64,000 nucleotides of DNA from Cystobasidiomycetes sp. EMM_F5 (Eukaryota), in NCBI GenBank assembly GCA_051047955.1, contig JBPGPT010000051.1:1-64000 (forward strand), read 5' to 3'. Shown here piece by piece: positions 11,896 through 24,010 of this stretch (its first letter is position 1; every line of letters begins with the position of its first letter). Below the pieces are notes generated by a model. The model saw only the letters and a list, made by a program, of their open reading frames with translations. It was not told where the DNA came from and ran no database searches. The position numbers and the translations under genes are program-made.

Positions 11896-13790
11896 TCACA
11901 GATGCTGATACTTGTACTGCTTGCGGCTTGTGACTGTCGTCCAAGAAGCGTCGTCGTCTTGCAGACCATTCTGACCGTCGTATCGATACCGTGGAGAGAG
12001 GTGGGTACTCGCTTGCTGGGCAAGAATACTCGCAAAGCCTGTGCCACTTATCTCGTCCTTGGCCGGACTGGAGTCTACGTCCATAATGTCGTGGCGTTGA
12101 TGGCTTGTGTCAGCAGCTGTTTGAGAAATATCGAGTGCAGCTAAACGCTCCTGCACATCCTCGACTGCCTGATCCGAGCCGGGTCTGGGTCCGGACGCCG
12201 GATCCTGCTCCTCTTTCGTTTCCACCTTGATGTCCTTCGTCTCGTCGCCTACATCGCTGAAGATACTGTCAGTCGGTCCTGTTGGCCACCTGTTTTGCTG
12301 ATCTGTCGCTTTGTTCGAAGATGCAGCAGCCAGAATACCAGCCGCTATAAGTTCAAAGCTGGGCGGGACATTGTTTGAAGGGGTAGGCGTCATGATGGGC
12401 GAGTCCTGCTCTGATGAGGCGGAAGTGTTTGCTAGGCGATGTAGAATTAGCGACGCAGGCGGAGAGCGAGAGCGAGAGCGAGAGCGAGAGCGAGAGCGAG
12501 ACGGAGATGATACCGTATCAAGCGTGTCAGTCGGCACAGCATTCAGCTTGTACCTGACAGATGCTACAGTCGTGGGTATCGTGCTTTGATCGGGGATGTC
12601 TGGCGATGATGCTCCGGCTACGACTGCCACGCTTGGTTTGGGCTGAACTCTATGCACAGCAAGAGGTAATCTCGGTGAAGGTGATTGAGCGGTCGAAGAA
12701 GACGCTTGTGCGGAACTGTGCGGAGCCGGATGAGATTGATCCGTTTGGCTTGAGCTTTGCGCCGATCGCGCCAATATCCCCTCAAGCCATCGCTGCAGCT
12801 CTGCTTGCTGTGACGCGCTGAAGCTTTTTGAGGAAGTATTGGCTTCTTGTCTCTTACTGAGAGTAGCAATACCCAACTTTTCGATATTGTCCACAGCCTC
12901 AAGTGCTCGGACGCGTAAATGCATCATATCCTGCTTTTGCGTAAGGGCTTGCATTCCGCCTAGAATACTGGCTTCTTGCTGGCTTATATAGATGTCGTTG
13001 CTGTAACCCGGGAGAAGTGCAACTATCGATGCTGCTGCTATGGTCGCCGCCCAGCGATAAGTAGAAAGTGTGTCTGCTACCTGCGATATTTTTCAGAAGC
13101 TATATTTTTGCAGTACTTGCTTAGACTTACAGACGCAGGCATACCGTCGCTACGAGTACGTATGTCTGTTATCGCCAATTGCGCGACTTCGGCCACAAAG
13201 CCAGAACTCGCGGCACTCGTGATCCACCATTTCCACCGAGGATTGGCGAGGGACAGAATGATGGCCAGTAGCAGATAAGTTTTCGCAAGACGTACAGCAT
13301 GGAACATAAGATGGTCGCTCGCACTGTCCGGCCGACATAGTCCATGACAGTTGAGGAATGTATCGTGACCGAAATGAGCGTAAATGAGTCGGCTGTCCAT
13401 TGAGCTCAACAGTGCCAGAAGGGTGTCATAGTTTTTTGGAAGGCGATATGATTTGATCAAAGACTGAATGAACGGTGCAGGAGATGCCAGAGGTATGGGA
13501 TGCATCGACGTAAAGATATTGAAAGGTCGGCGTACGGTAAGCTTGACAAGGGCGAACACGGAGACGGATGTGCATGGTAAGAGCTTCCGCGTCGAGAAAC
13601 TGAAGTAGCGACTACTTCCTTCTACATGTCCCACATCGTGGTTGCCTGGCACTAACCGAACTTTTGTGCCATGACCGGCTCGCTTTTGGCCAACACTCCA
13701 TTGCAGCACATAATTGATGACTCTGGGAACCACAAAGGGTGCAACAATGAGAAAGAGAGGATAGTAGCCTGCCAGCGAGTGAAAGCTCAT
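11896..13790 (-). CDS. Fungal multi-TM hypothetical protein with a long disordered C-terminal tail
   Basis: N-terminal TM segments and a DSRLIYAHFGHDTFLNC..C motif. Intron 13081-13130 (GTAAGT..CAG) joins it in frame to the 11896-12954 ORF. Confidence 0.65.
12462..12501. repeat. Coding hexanucleotide microsatellite (GAGAGC)6, encoding an RS dipeptide run
   Basis: Six perfect GAGAGC copies that translate to SRSRSRSRSRSRSP on the minus strand. Confidence 0.95.
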
Positions 13791-14411
13791 ATTCGCATTG
13801 TTGGGAGATTTGCTGGTAAGACGTCAACCGCTGCAACATGTACCTATCTCTAAGAGCGGAGCCTGAAGCTCGCGCAGACAACGATGTCCCGATGCATTCA
13901 TCGCTGATACGGCTTACAGGTCCTTCGGCATGAGAAGCGCGTGGTTGATTCAGTCGTGATTTGCTGAAGATGTGCAAGCCGTGGTACTGAATCTCAGACT
14001 ACCTCAGCGCGCACCCTAACTAGCAATGGCTTCATCCTCAATGCCAGCACATCCAGCAACTCAGACTAACACCCGTTATTTGCAGCCGAATCGTACGCAT
14101 GGTGCAAACAAAGCCGAGTTCTGTCCAAGATCATCGAATAAGACTGAGCGCATTCCACTGAAGTATGATGAGGGCATTACAGGAAGAACATCCGCATGCC
14201 AAAAAGAGTCGACTTCTTCATTATCAGGAAACCTATTATTGCCGGCACTCCAGAAGTATCAAAAGATGCAGAATCTAAGGTCAAGTAGCTAGCGCTTCAG
14301 TATCTGTAGTATCTCAAACACAAACAAGGTGAGGAACGCCGCCGAGAACCGTACTGCCAGTGCCCTTTCCGCATCATTACTCATTCCGTTCGTGCGACTC
14401 GTATCAGCCTT

Positions 14412-17400
14412 TCACTTCTGCTTCAAGGTCACATTGACACGTTGAGCTTTCGAAGCCGGATGTCAGCATATATAGATCGACTAGTGTTAACAACTGCAAG
14501 CTTACAGGATGCCAAGTCAATGAAGATATCGTCCGGTGCGCCTCTGTAGAGAGGTTGCTTCAGACGCTTCTGATCCAAGTAGTGACCAATGAAGCCGATG
14601 GATCGTCCGAGCACAAAGAGGGCATTGAGTGTACCGATGGAAAGGTACTCGGATGCCTCTTCAGCGGTGAAGGCGCCAGATGTCTTCAAAAGATCGCAGA
14701 AGCAGGCAGCGACTGCACCGTCGACATTGAGGATGAGAGTATCCTTCTTTGCTGTTGTCACCTTTTCAGTGGCAATGGCGTAGTCGAGTGTGGTCGTCGA
14801 GGGGAATTCCTTTTTGGCGAACGCCTTTACCAGCTCAACTCGGAGATCTGGATTGTTGACGCTCTTAATCTTGTGCCCGATACCAGGAATGAGCTTGTTA
14901 GCCTTGCGCATGGAGTCGACGAATTCTCTTGGGGTCAAACCCATGTCCTGTGCACGAGTGAACTCCTTGGCAGCATTGTCCAAAGCACCACCGAATCGGT
15001 CACCAATGGTCAAGAGACCAGATACGACGGACGAGATGAGATCCTTGCCAGCACGGGTGGTAATGATGGTATTCATGGCACCAGAGACGGCTGGACCGTG
15101 GTCGGCGGTCAGCTGAATGACCATCTCGAGGAACTTGCACGCGTAGGCGGGCAGGCGACGCTTGAACCAAAGCAAGCTGATGACACCACCAATGCCAATC
15201 TCTTCCTTGAAAACGTCCGAGATTGGCATTCCAGAGTAGAGGAGTTCTTGGCCGCGCTCGTCCGAGATGGTCGAGATGAAGCTGGCAGATTTTCGGACCA
15301 TACCAAGCTCTTGAGCCCACTTGTAATCGACGGGGATAGACGGAGGAATACGTTCTGCCTGAGGAACGATAAGACCCTGTTGAACGAGCTGCTGATAGGC
15401 GGATCTGAGGACGTCTGGCAGCTCTTCAAAGGTGTCTGGAACAATGAAGCCCGCAGCCCTCATTTCCCTGTTCTTGGCTTCTGCAGTCTCCATGTCTGAG
15501 TTTGCCATGGAACCAGCGTGTCCGAATTGAACTTCGCTCGTAAACATCTTTGCGCAGGTACCGATAGCCCAAGCGACAATTGGCTTCTTGATTGTGCCAT
15601 TCATGACGGCCTCGATGACCTTGTACTCTTCGATACCACCCACCTCACCGAGGAGGACGAGCATCTTTACATTGTCATCATTCTCGTATCGGAGCATGTG
15701 GTCGATAAAGGTGGTTCCAGGGTACCGATCGCCTCCAATAGCAATACCTTCGTACGTGCCATTGGTGGTGAAGGAGAGGATATTGTTGAGCTCGTTGGAC
15801 ATACCACCAGACTTGGAGACGTATGCAACAGAACCTGGTCTGTACAGCTTGGACGAGATGATGTTGTCCATCATGCCACCAGTGTTGCCGATACGGAAGC
15901 AGCCTGGTTTAATACCACCGACAGTAGCAGGACCAATGATCAAGACCTTCTTTGCCTTTGCAGCATGGAGAATCTCGCGAGCATGCCTCTCCGGAACACC
16001 TTCAGCAATCAGAGCAATGGAGCGGATCTGAGGGAAGCGCAGAGCGTCGAGTGTGGAGGAATAGACGGAACGGCATGAAGCAAAGTTGACGAGGACATCT
16101 GCATCTGGGCACTTTTTGACGGCCTCCTCTACGGAAGTGTAGACAGGAAGGAGGGTCTCCTTCGTTCCCCAGTAAAACTTTTGAACGTGGTGACCGCCAA
16201 ATTGATAAATCATGGCAGCAACACTGGGAGTAGATCGACCGCAGGCGTAGTCAAAGTCGAGCATACCCTGGATAGCACGCGGTTGCAGACCAAACACGAG
16301 CGACCGAGTCTTTTCGTCGTAGGGTCTGTACCACGGTCGTTGAGCTGGTGCGTCCTTGCCATCGAAGGTAATGACATCGCTTCGCTTGTCTGGGAGGGTA
16401 TTTGAGCTTTGACCTTGAGTCGGGCTTCCGGCACGAGATGGCACAACAGAGGCGACTGGGCTCTTGTTTGCACCATTGACAGCGAGGGAACCGTTCACTC
16501 TTGGCTTTGGAGCGGCGATGCCTGCAGTAATCGAAGCAGCAGCTTTAGGCTTGCCAACACCGAGAGCAAGAGGAACAATCTCTGTAATATGGGTTTCTGG
16601 TCCAAAGACCTGAATCTCCACGCCAAGAGTCTCGCCGAGCAGTCTCATATTCTTGAGACCCTCCTGGTAGTTTGGTCCACCACGTCGGACAAAGATGCGG
16701 ACCTTGTGCGTTTGCAGATTGGTCTGGTACTGCTTGAGAGCGCGGATGATACCCTTGAAAGTCGACGCGACATTTGTAAAATTGGCAATACCACCACCGA
16801 TAATGAGAATCTTGCCTTCAGGATTCGGGGTTCCTCGGGTCATCAGGTCGACTAAATAATTACGAACAGTGATACTTCAGGTTGTGATGGTTGACAAAGG
16901 GTGACGAGCAACTTACGAATGGTCTTTGCGTACTCATACGTTTGGCCCTCAGTTGGAGCACCAGAGTACTCGCCGTAGTTTGCCAATTCGCTCGCGAAGC
17001 CGTACGCGGCGATAGCATCGGAGTAGACGACTGAAGCACCACCACCGGCGACCATTGTCCACACTCTGCCCTCCTGGTTGAGGACTGTCAATTTGAGAGA
17101 AGCGCCTGTCGAAGCATCCAATTTCTGAATGTAGGCTTCCTCCTTTGTCAGATCACGACCGAAAGGTGCTGGCCAGACCATGGGTGGACCTCTATCTGCT
17201 GAAATCTTACTGGACGACGAAGCATCGCCGATGGACGTATCCCTTGCAATTGCCCATTTGGGACCGCAGATGAAGTCGGCCGTCTGATCTAGCTTTGCAG
17301 CCATGTCGAGGTAATGAATCTGGGGAGGGGAGGTTGGGGTAGCATCGAGGCAGATGAGTGGATTGATTTCGAGGTATGCAAAGTGAAGATCGACGTAGAC

Positions 17401-18305
17401 AGAGTACATGCGGATAAGGAAGTCTGTCAGAACCTCTTGCTTCTCGGCGCCGACGTGCTTGAGGAGGGCAGACTGAATCTCCTTTCGCGGCGGGAGATCC
17501 GCACCGACGGGGATGAGGAGCTTGAGCGCTTTTGCGTCGACATCACCGACATCTACACCGCCTTCGTGGGTGAAGAGGATGTAGTCTCCTTCACGAACCG
17601 AGTTGATGCAGACGTAGTATTCGGTATGGCTTGGGTGGGGTAGGAAAGGCTCGACAATGAATTTGGACAGACGACCGATGGTACCCTCGACGTTGACTGG
17701 CTTTCCAGCTCGTTCGACGATCCACTGCTTGGCAGACTCCCAGTCGGCATTGAGCTTGAGGAGACCTGCCTTGCCGCGACGCTTGATGAGCTGATCTGGC
17801 TTTGCGACTAGCTTTTCGGTAAAGACCCAGGGTGGGAGTTGCGAGTCTGGAGTGATGGTGTTTGTTGCTGCGTCCCAGGAGATCTGTGGGGGAGAAGAGT
17901 GTGCAGGTTAGTTGACGGGAAATGCGGATCTGCGAGTGACTGGCCTCCGTGATGGACTGCCGGCACTCACCTGGGCGACCTTTACGCTCGGCTGGACGTA
18001 GCTGGATCCGGCTCTAGCAGTCTGACCGAATGCAGGACTTCTCTGTAGATTGTGACAACGTCAGTCCAAGTTTTGCGGGGTGTCGCATTCTGCCGCCGCC
18101 TCGACTCACCTCGAGCCAGTAGCTGAGGAGGAGTTTCGCGTCGTACTCTAGAGTAGCACATCAGAAATGCACACAAAACGTCATTCACTGCACGTCGTGA
18201 AGTGTGCATGGCCGCTCTCTGTCCCATCCAGGCACAAGTATGGCTGCGACCTGCTCCTCTCTAAATTTCGGTCGCCTACTCACCGTGACAGGGCTTGACC
18301 GACAT
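14412..18305 (-). CDS. ACL1: ATP-citrate lyase, single fused polypeptide
   Basis: Starts [15 protein letters not shown] after splicing. Contains [38 protein letters not shown] (phospho-His) and the citrate-synthase-like ADHGPAVSG / [10 protein letters not shown]. Last exon ends VTLKQK*. Confidence 0.97.
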
Positions 18306-19202
18306 GATGGCGAGTGCCGATTAGGTGGTGTGTGTGTGCAGAGTGCGTGTGTAGACGTGGGCGGGTGCTTGCAAACAACGGAGGCAGCGTCGATAGAACT
18401 CAACTGTGCTCTTTCGGAGATTTGAGGGTGAGCCCTGCAAGTGTTGAAGCTGAGAATAGGGGAGATGGTTTGCGAAAGTTGTAACTTATTAGCAGATGTC
18501 GATGTGCAGACTACAGACGCTGCAGTTGCTCAATCACCACTCTGGCCGTCTTCTTCAATCTTTCGTTCGACTCTAGTCGCGTCGCGCTCCCCATCCCCCA
18601 ACCTCGGTCGCAGCGAATTGCCTGTTGTCCTCGTGACCACGGAGCTCTCATCCGATCATCCGGGGAGGTCTGAGAGCACTCAAGCAAGTTAACTTCTGCG
18701 AGCACTGCATATTCCATCAGTCGCAGCTTATCATAGAGGCGACAGACAGTCCAGCTAGACAACAAAAGCGTCTTTGTGGAGGACGACAACAGCGGACACG
18801 CTCCTTTCGACAGAATCTATATACACGAACCAACATCTGAGATTTTGGCATGAAGAATAAAAATAAAGAGCTACAGGAGCAAGAGGTCAGGAGGAGGCAT
18901 CTCCTCATAAGAAGACCAGAAAACACGTATTCATCGTACAATTCGAGGAACAGAGCCAGATGGCCATCCTGAACCAAAGAGTTTTCAGCAGCCAGATAGA
19001 TCGCGTTGCGCGTATTGGCTCAAACGCCTCGCCGCTCTTATGCCGCAGCAGTGCATGTTGTGCGCTCTGGCACTGACTTCACTCCCTAGCAGTTGGAGAA
19101 ATCTAGGTTAAACACCTGGTCAGTCTTGAGTTACTACTGTGTGACAGAGTCTCGCCTACCTTAGATACAGCTTGTCGAGCAGAAGAGGCCCAACTTGTCC
19201 GC

Positions 19203-20792
19203 CTACAAAGGCTCAGCGAGTTGGCGCAGGATGAGCTCTATGACGAGTTTGTTGGCCGGCCCGGCTGGGTGTACGGTATCGACGGTGAAATTGGAGCCCT
19301 GGCCCATCATTCTCAGCGCGAAGGGGTTTGTATCGAGATGTAGCCTCTGCGCTGTTGCGATTTGAGCGTTGCGAATCTGAACGAGGCGCAAGGGCTTGAA
19401 GGTCGGGATACTCTGTATATCATTCATATTGTCTGCATCAGCGGGCGAAGCATGCATCTCGGATGTGATTTCGTGTATCAATCTAAGTGAGAGATGGGCG
19501 CCGGGAAACAGGGATTTCAGGCGCTTGGCTTGGTAATTCAAGCCATCGGCATAGCGTGCCAGATAATCAGGTTTGATTCCCTTGTACGGATCTGCACGAA
19601 GCGCCTGGAGAGATGAGCGCTGTATGGCAGCGAGATCCCACAGCGCAAAATTGAGGGAGACGTAATCGTACGACTCGGGACCGCTCGTCCCAAGAAGCTT
19701 CATCATCCGGCTGATTCGCTCATCTGGATTGAACGGACCGAAATCAAAGGGCTTATCGCTCATCGAGCCAATCAGGAATGTAAAGTCTAAGCGGAAGTGG
19801 TGCGTGGGCTGCGTGGCAGTGTATGCGACTTCGAAAGCCCTCTGTAGTGTTTTGTTGGACTCGACTTCTGAGACGTCGGCAGCTATGGGTATGATGAGTG
19901 AAGCCACTTCCATTCTTTGCCAGCCTTCGTGATGAGCTTCCTCATCATGTATCAGGAATTGTTGCAGGTATGTCGATTCCGGACACAAGTTGGACCATGC
20001 AAGAACCATATCCCGATCGATGCTGTCACCCAGTATGAGCGCGCGGCGACCACGTAGGAAGTCTAGAGATTGTGCCGTGTCCTTCAACGTCCTCAGAGCA
20101 TGTGCTGTCGGTGCTTGCAGCATGTCTTGCTGAGCCAACAGATTGTTCTGCAGTGTCTGCAGAAGCCGCATCTTCGAGACGCATACCTCATGCCCGTCGG
20201 TCGTTTGGGATGTTTCATCGCAATGGAAGGCGCGTGAAAATGTCGCGTTAGTTGGAACGATGGTGTTCCAAGAGGTGTTCCAGCCCGTTTGTAGATCAAA
20301 GTCTAAGTAGCCATTATCGTTGAACCAGTTGGAGCGCTGCACTAGAGGCCGAAAAGCGCCGAAACGGGAGAGTAACGAGTCTTCCAGCAACGAGAAGGAT
20401 TCGAGGGTATGCAAAGACAGGGCGGTCATGAACATGAACACGAGAATGGTGGCACATGGCAATGCAGCCCGCTGTAAGAGCGACTGTTGCTCATCCCGCG
20501 GATCGTTCCTTAGCATGATACGCTTGCCCGTTATCCGTCTTGATATCCAGCTGCTGAGCTGATGCGACGTCGCACCGTGCGCTTCGATATCAGACGATAC
20601 GGTATATCCAGGCTTTCCTGCAACGAGTGGTGATATCTCGTCCATATCGAGGGAGTCTTGAGAGAGTTCTGATATGTTCGACTCCTCTCCTGCAGCCATA
20701 AACTCCTGCACGCATGGCTTCTCCAGTATGGGCGTGGGCGATGAGCTCGAATACGGCGAGGACGCTGAGGCTGACGAGGGAAGGGGTGCCAT
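19203..20792 (-). CDS. Type II membrane SGNH/GDS-DxxH hydrolase-like protein (CAP64/PC-esterase-like), intronless
   Basis: 529-aa ORF with one TM helix near residues 110-130, LILGDSIDR, ALWDLA and a C-terminal DTVHPAG. Confidence 0.6.
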   Translation of the reverse strand: MAPLPSSASASSPYSSSSPTPILEKPCVQEFMAAGEESNISELSQDSLDMDEISPLVAGKPGYTVSSDIEAHGATSHQLSSWISRRITGKRIMLRNDPRDEQQSLLQRAALPCATILVFMFMTALSLHTLESFSLLEDSLLSRFGAFRPLVQRSNWFNDNGYLDFDLQTGWNTSWNTIVPTNATFSRAFHCDETSQTTDGHEVCVSKMRLLQTLQNNLLAQQDMLQAPTAHALRTLKDTAQSLDFLRGRRALILGDSIDRDMVLAWSNLCPESTYLQQFLIHDEEAHHEGWQRMEVASLIIPIAADVSEVESNKTLQRAFEVAYTATQPTHHFRLDFTFLIGSMSDKPFDFGPFNPDERISRMMKLLGTSGPESYDYVSLNFALWDLAAIQRSSLQALRADPYKGIKPDYLARYADGLNYQAKRLKSLFPGAHLSLRLIHEITSEMHASPADADNMNDIQSIPTFKPLRLVQIRNAQIATAQRLHLDTNPFALRMMGQGSNFTVDTVHPAGPANKLVIELILRQLAEPL

Positions 20793-22634
20793 TGTGGAGA
20801 TGGAAAGGAATGTGATGGAGTACTGAGCGGAAAGAGGCAGACTGGAAGTAAAGAAGATGGCAAGAATTCGTTAATGCAGCCATCACGCTAGTAAACGTCA
20901 TAAACAGGTAAACATGTCAACAAACAGACACTTCGAGCAAGTCAAGTGTAAGTCAAGTGCAGCCGGCACGTAGGCTTCTTCTAGATTGGCAGTGCTAGAT
21001 CACACGTCAGACTAAGTTAAGTTGGCAGGATGTGGCGGTATGCCGCGCGTAAATACCAGGTTTAAACCAGAATGTGACCAGCGTCAATGTCAACACCGCG
21101 CGCGAGGGAAATGACATTAGTGTGACAGCAGGAAGAGCGTTAATCAATGTCATTGTCCATTAGGAGCGTGAGACGATGTCAAAAGACAGATAGGCTAATA
21201 TCGATATGTATCGATCAGATTGTCGAAGTCGTAACCCTACATCGCGCGATACTCAGCATGGACGCGTCCGCTTCATTCGTCAGCTCTCACTGAAAGCTGC
21301 TTGGTGCGTGCTCTGCGGGATCGTACGACGAGGTGCAAAAATTCAGCTTGGTTAGGTTAAGCTCAACCTGAAGGTAATGCATTCCAGTGGCACTAAGTTA
21401 GTAGCCTGACGTGAAGACCTGCGAGTCCGCTGCTGACGGAACGACGACATACTTAACTCAAACTAAGCACAATGCAACTTACCTCCCCGCGATTGCTCTT
21501 CTCGACTCGAATCAGCGGGTCACCTCCAATTTTCCAAGCCGCTATATATATTACAGAACATATTGCAGTAGTTGGAGCAAACAAATGCTTCAAGATAGAT
21601 ACATAGAACGGCTGCTTAGATAAATTACGCTGGCATCATCTTGCTGACTACGTCGTCCGCATACCCTTGCGCTCATGACTCGGCGTCAAGCGACTCTCAA
21701 CGTCTCTTCAAATCATATCGCAGCCGGCAAAGACGCGGGACGTAGTCTATCAGGCTGACACGCACACGAGCTTCAATATCTCATCTCCTCACAATAAACT
21801 TTGCTCCGATGCAGTAGAAGTCTGCAGGCCCACTGACTTCGATGGCCTCCCCAATATGGCCGCATAGTCGGGGTGCGGATTTGTGCGCTGCCCCGCATGG
21901 CCATGGCGCTGCAGGTGGTGTCTTGAAAATAGGCATACCCGCCTCGCTTATCCGATTTCGTAGACGCACGTCTGACTTGCCAGAAGCATTGAAGCACCAT
22001 GATCATCGAATGGCTGTCGAGATACATATCCACAAGTCGACGTCAATACAGATCGAGAGGATCGCGATCATCTCTCCCTACACCTCGATGCAAGCGTCGA
22101 CTTTGCCGACAATCTCCCGGCAGCACTGGCTTATGTGCTCAACATCAGTGTCGTGGCTGGAGGCTGTCGGGCTACAGTGCATCTCGTTGTGGTCGCGAAG
22201 CCGGCTCACGAGAGTATTATTGCGGGCATTGCAGATTATCTCAAAAGTACGTTTTGCAGCATATTGAGCCGAAAAGTGCTTGCTGACTGTATTGCTCGAC
22301 CTTCGTTGATGATAGCCGAATCTACATATGAGCGAGGCCTAAGCGCCTATCTACGTATTGGAAGCTATGACGCATGCCTAGTTGTACCCGCGAACTTTGC
22401 AACATTACGATCGGCAGTACGTTCTAGACTTCGGTAGATTTTGCACGAGAAAGCCTGGGTTGCTCACATTGCCAGCACTATCTGCGGAAGCAACCCGAGC
22501 ACAGGAGATGAAACAAAGCAGTTCCGGCTTGGTGATTGCACACCTGATTCGTGATTACAACTGAATCAACAGAATCAACAAGGTACAAAAGGAGGTGTGT
22601 TTCGCGTATGATCAATTCGAATATACACGCTGCT

Positions 22635-23280
22635 TTATTGACACCACGTTCCCATGTAATTGGCTGGGCAGCTTCCTGTCCAATGCACGGAACAAAGACT
22701 GATGTCGACCTGAGCGTAAGATCCAGCTACGGGCCCTCCCATTCCCTTGCCGTCGGCTGTGGCAATCGGAGCTCCGCTTGGGCCAAGAGTACTGCCCGTG
22801 ATGAGATTGTATGCATCTGCAGAAATGTCGAGACCTGGATCACCCTTCTGATCGATGACGAGCAGATATACAGAACCGATTGCTATTGGAAGGCAGAGGT
22901 GTGTGATCAGCTGAGGGATCACAGAAGTCAGTAGAACTGAACTGCTCACGGCCATCGACTTTGATGCAGCTGTTACAGCCCGTATGCCCATCGTGGTTGT
23001 GAGCGGCAGCTACGCGCGTAAGGTCCATCGTGGCTCCGTTGACAAGAGAAGAGCCAAAGTAGCCACATGTGCCGGTCACAGTCTGTGCAGTAAAAGTCTG
23101 ATACTCATGAGGCGTGATGCGGTCGGTGGATGCGGAGGCTATAGTGCCGACCAGCGGCGTACCAGAAATTGCTCGGATATTGACCTTTCCAATCGCTGCG
23201 GCCTGTGAGACTTTGACCATGCTCAAGATAGCAGCAGCTGCAATGACGAGCGGCGATTGTGCAAGTTGGAAAGAGAGCAT
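22635..23280 (-). CDS. Secreted expansin/loosenin-like RlpA double-psi beta-barrel protein
   Basis: Signal peptide, GTCG, GCNSCIKVDG, then after one intron VIDQKG..GLDISADAY. Cys-containing C-terminus. Confidence 0.7.
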
Positions 23281-24010
23281 AACGAAAAAAATAGGTAATT
23301 TGACGCGAACGAAAGTGGGGTGTTTGAGTGTGTGATAATGAGCTGCGCTGGGTGTGAGTCGAATATTTCAAGAGGCAACCACGATGTCATCAATACTGCA
23401 AGATTAGCTGTCGGCATCGCCTACAAAACTGCAAATGGCTTTCGTCCGAATAGTGCGTCAGCTGGGCCTTCGGAAACTAACTCTTGCCCATGCAATGGGT
23501 GAAGACCGAAGTCTACGTCAGCTGAGGCTCTGGAGCTACTTTACTGCGTGAGGAGCAGATGTGTCAGCGGGGTGAAGTAGGGGATCCGAAGAAAGGGTAT
23601 GAGAACAGGGAAGCGCGATAATGTGGGTTTCGTAGCGCAGGAAATCAGCTTGCTAAACTACATCAGATAGCATCAGCATCAACTGCGCTGCTGGAAACGC
23701 AGAGCAAGCTCAGAGTGATGTGTCTTTCGAGTGCAAATGCAGAAGTCATTTGCCACTTTCTGCTGCCGAACTGATACGTAACGCAGCAAATCCGACATCC
23801 TTTTGTGTCCATGTAAAGAGCCTGAAATCGCGTGATTCGTACCGATTCAACCTCTCCAGCGTGGCCATCCTACGTCTTCGTCTAACTTGCTTTTCGCTCG
23901 TTCCCATCGTTATCTCCGTCGCGCTGGCTCTGCTCTTCGGGTCGACTTCCAACAGTTTGCGAGCGGGTCTGCGTCAGATCAGCAAAGCTGGTCATTACAG
24001 GACGGTCGTA

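Noticed and set aside
14555..16855. Long plus-strand ORFs (314, 186 and 148 aa) opposite ACL1
   Set aside because: Antisense shadows of a codon-biased conserved gene, with no motifs of their own.
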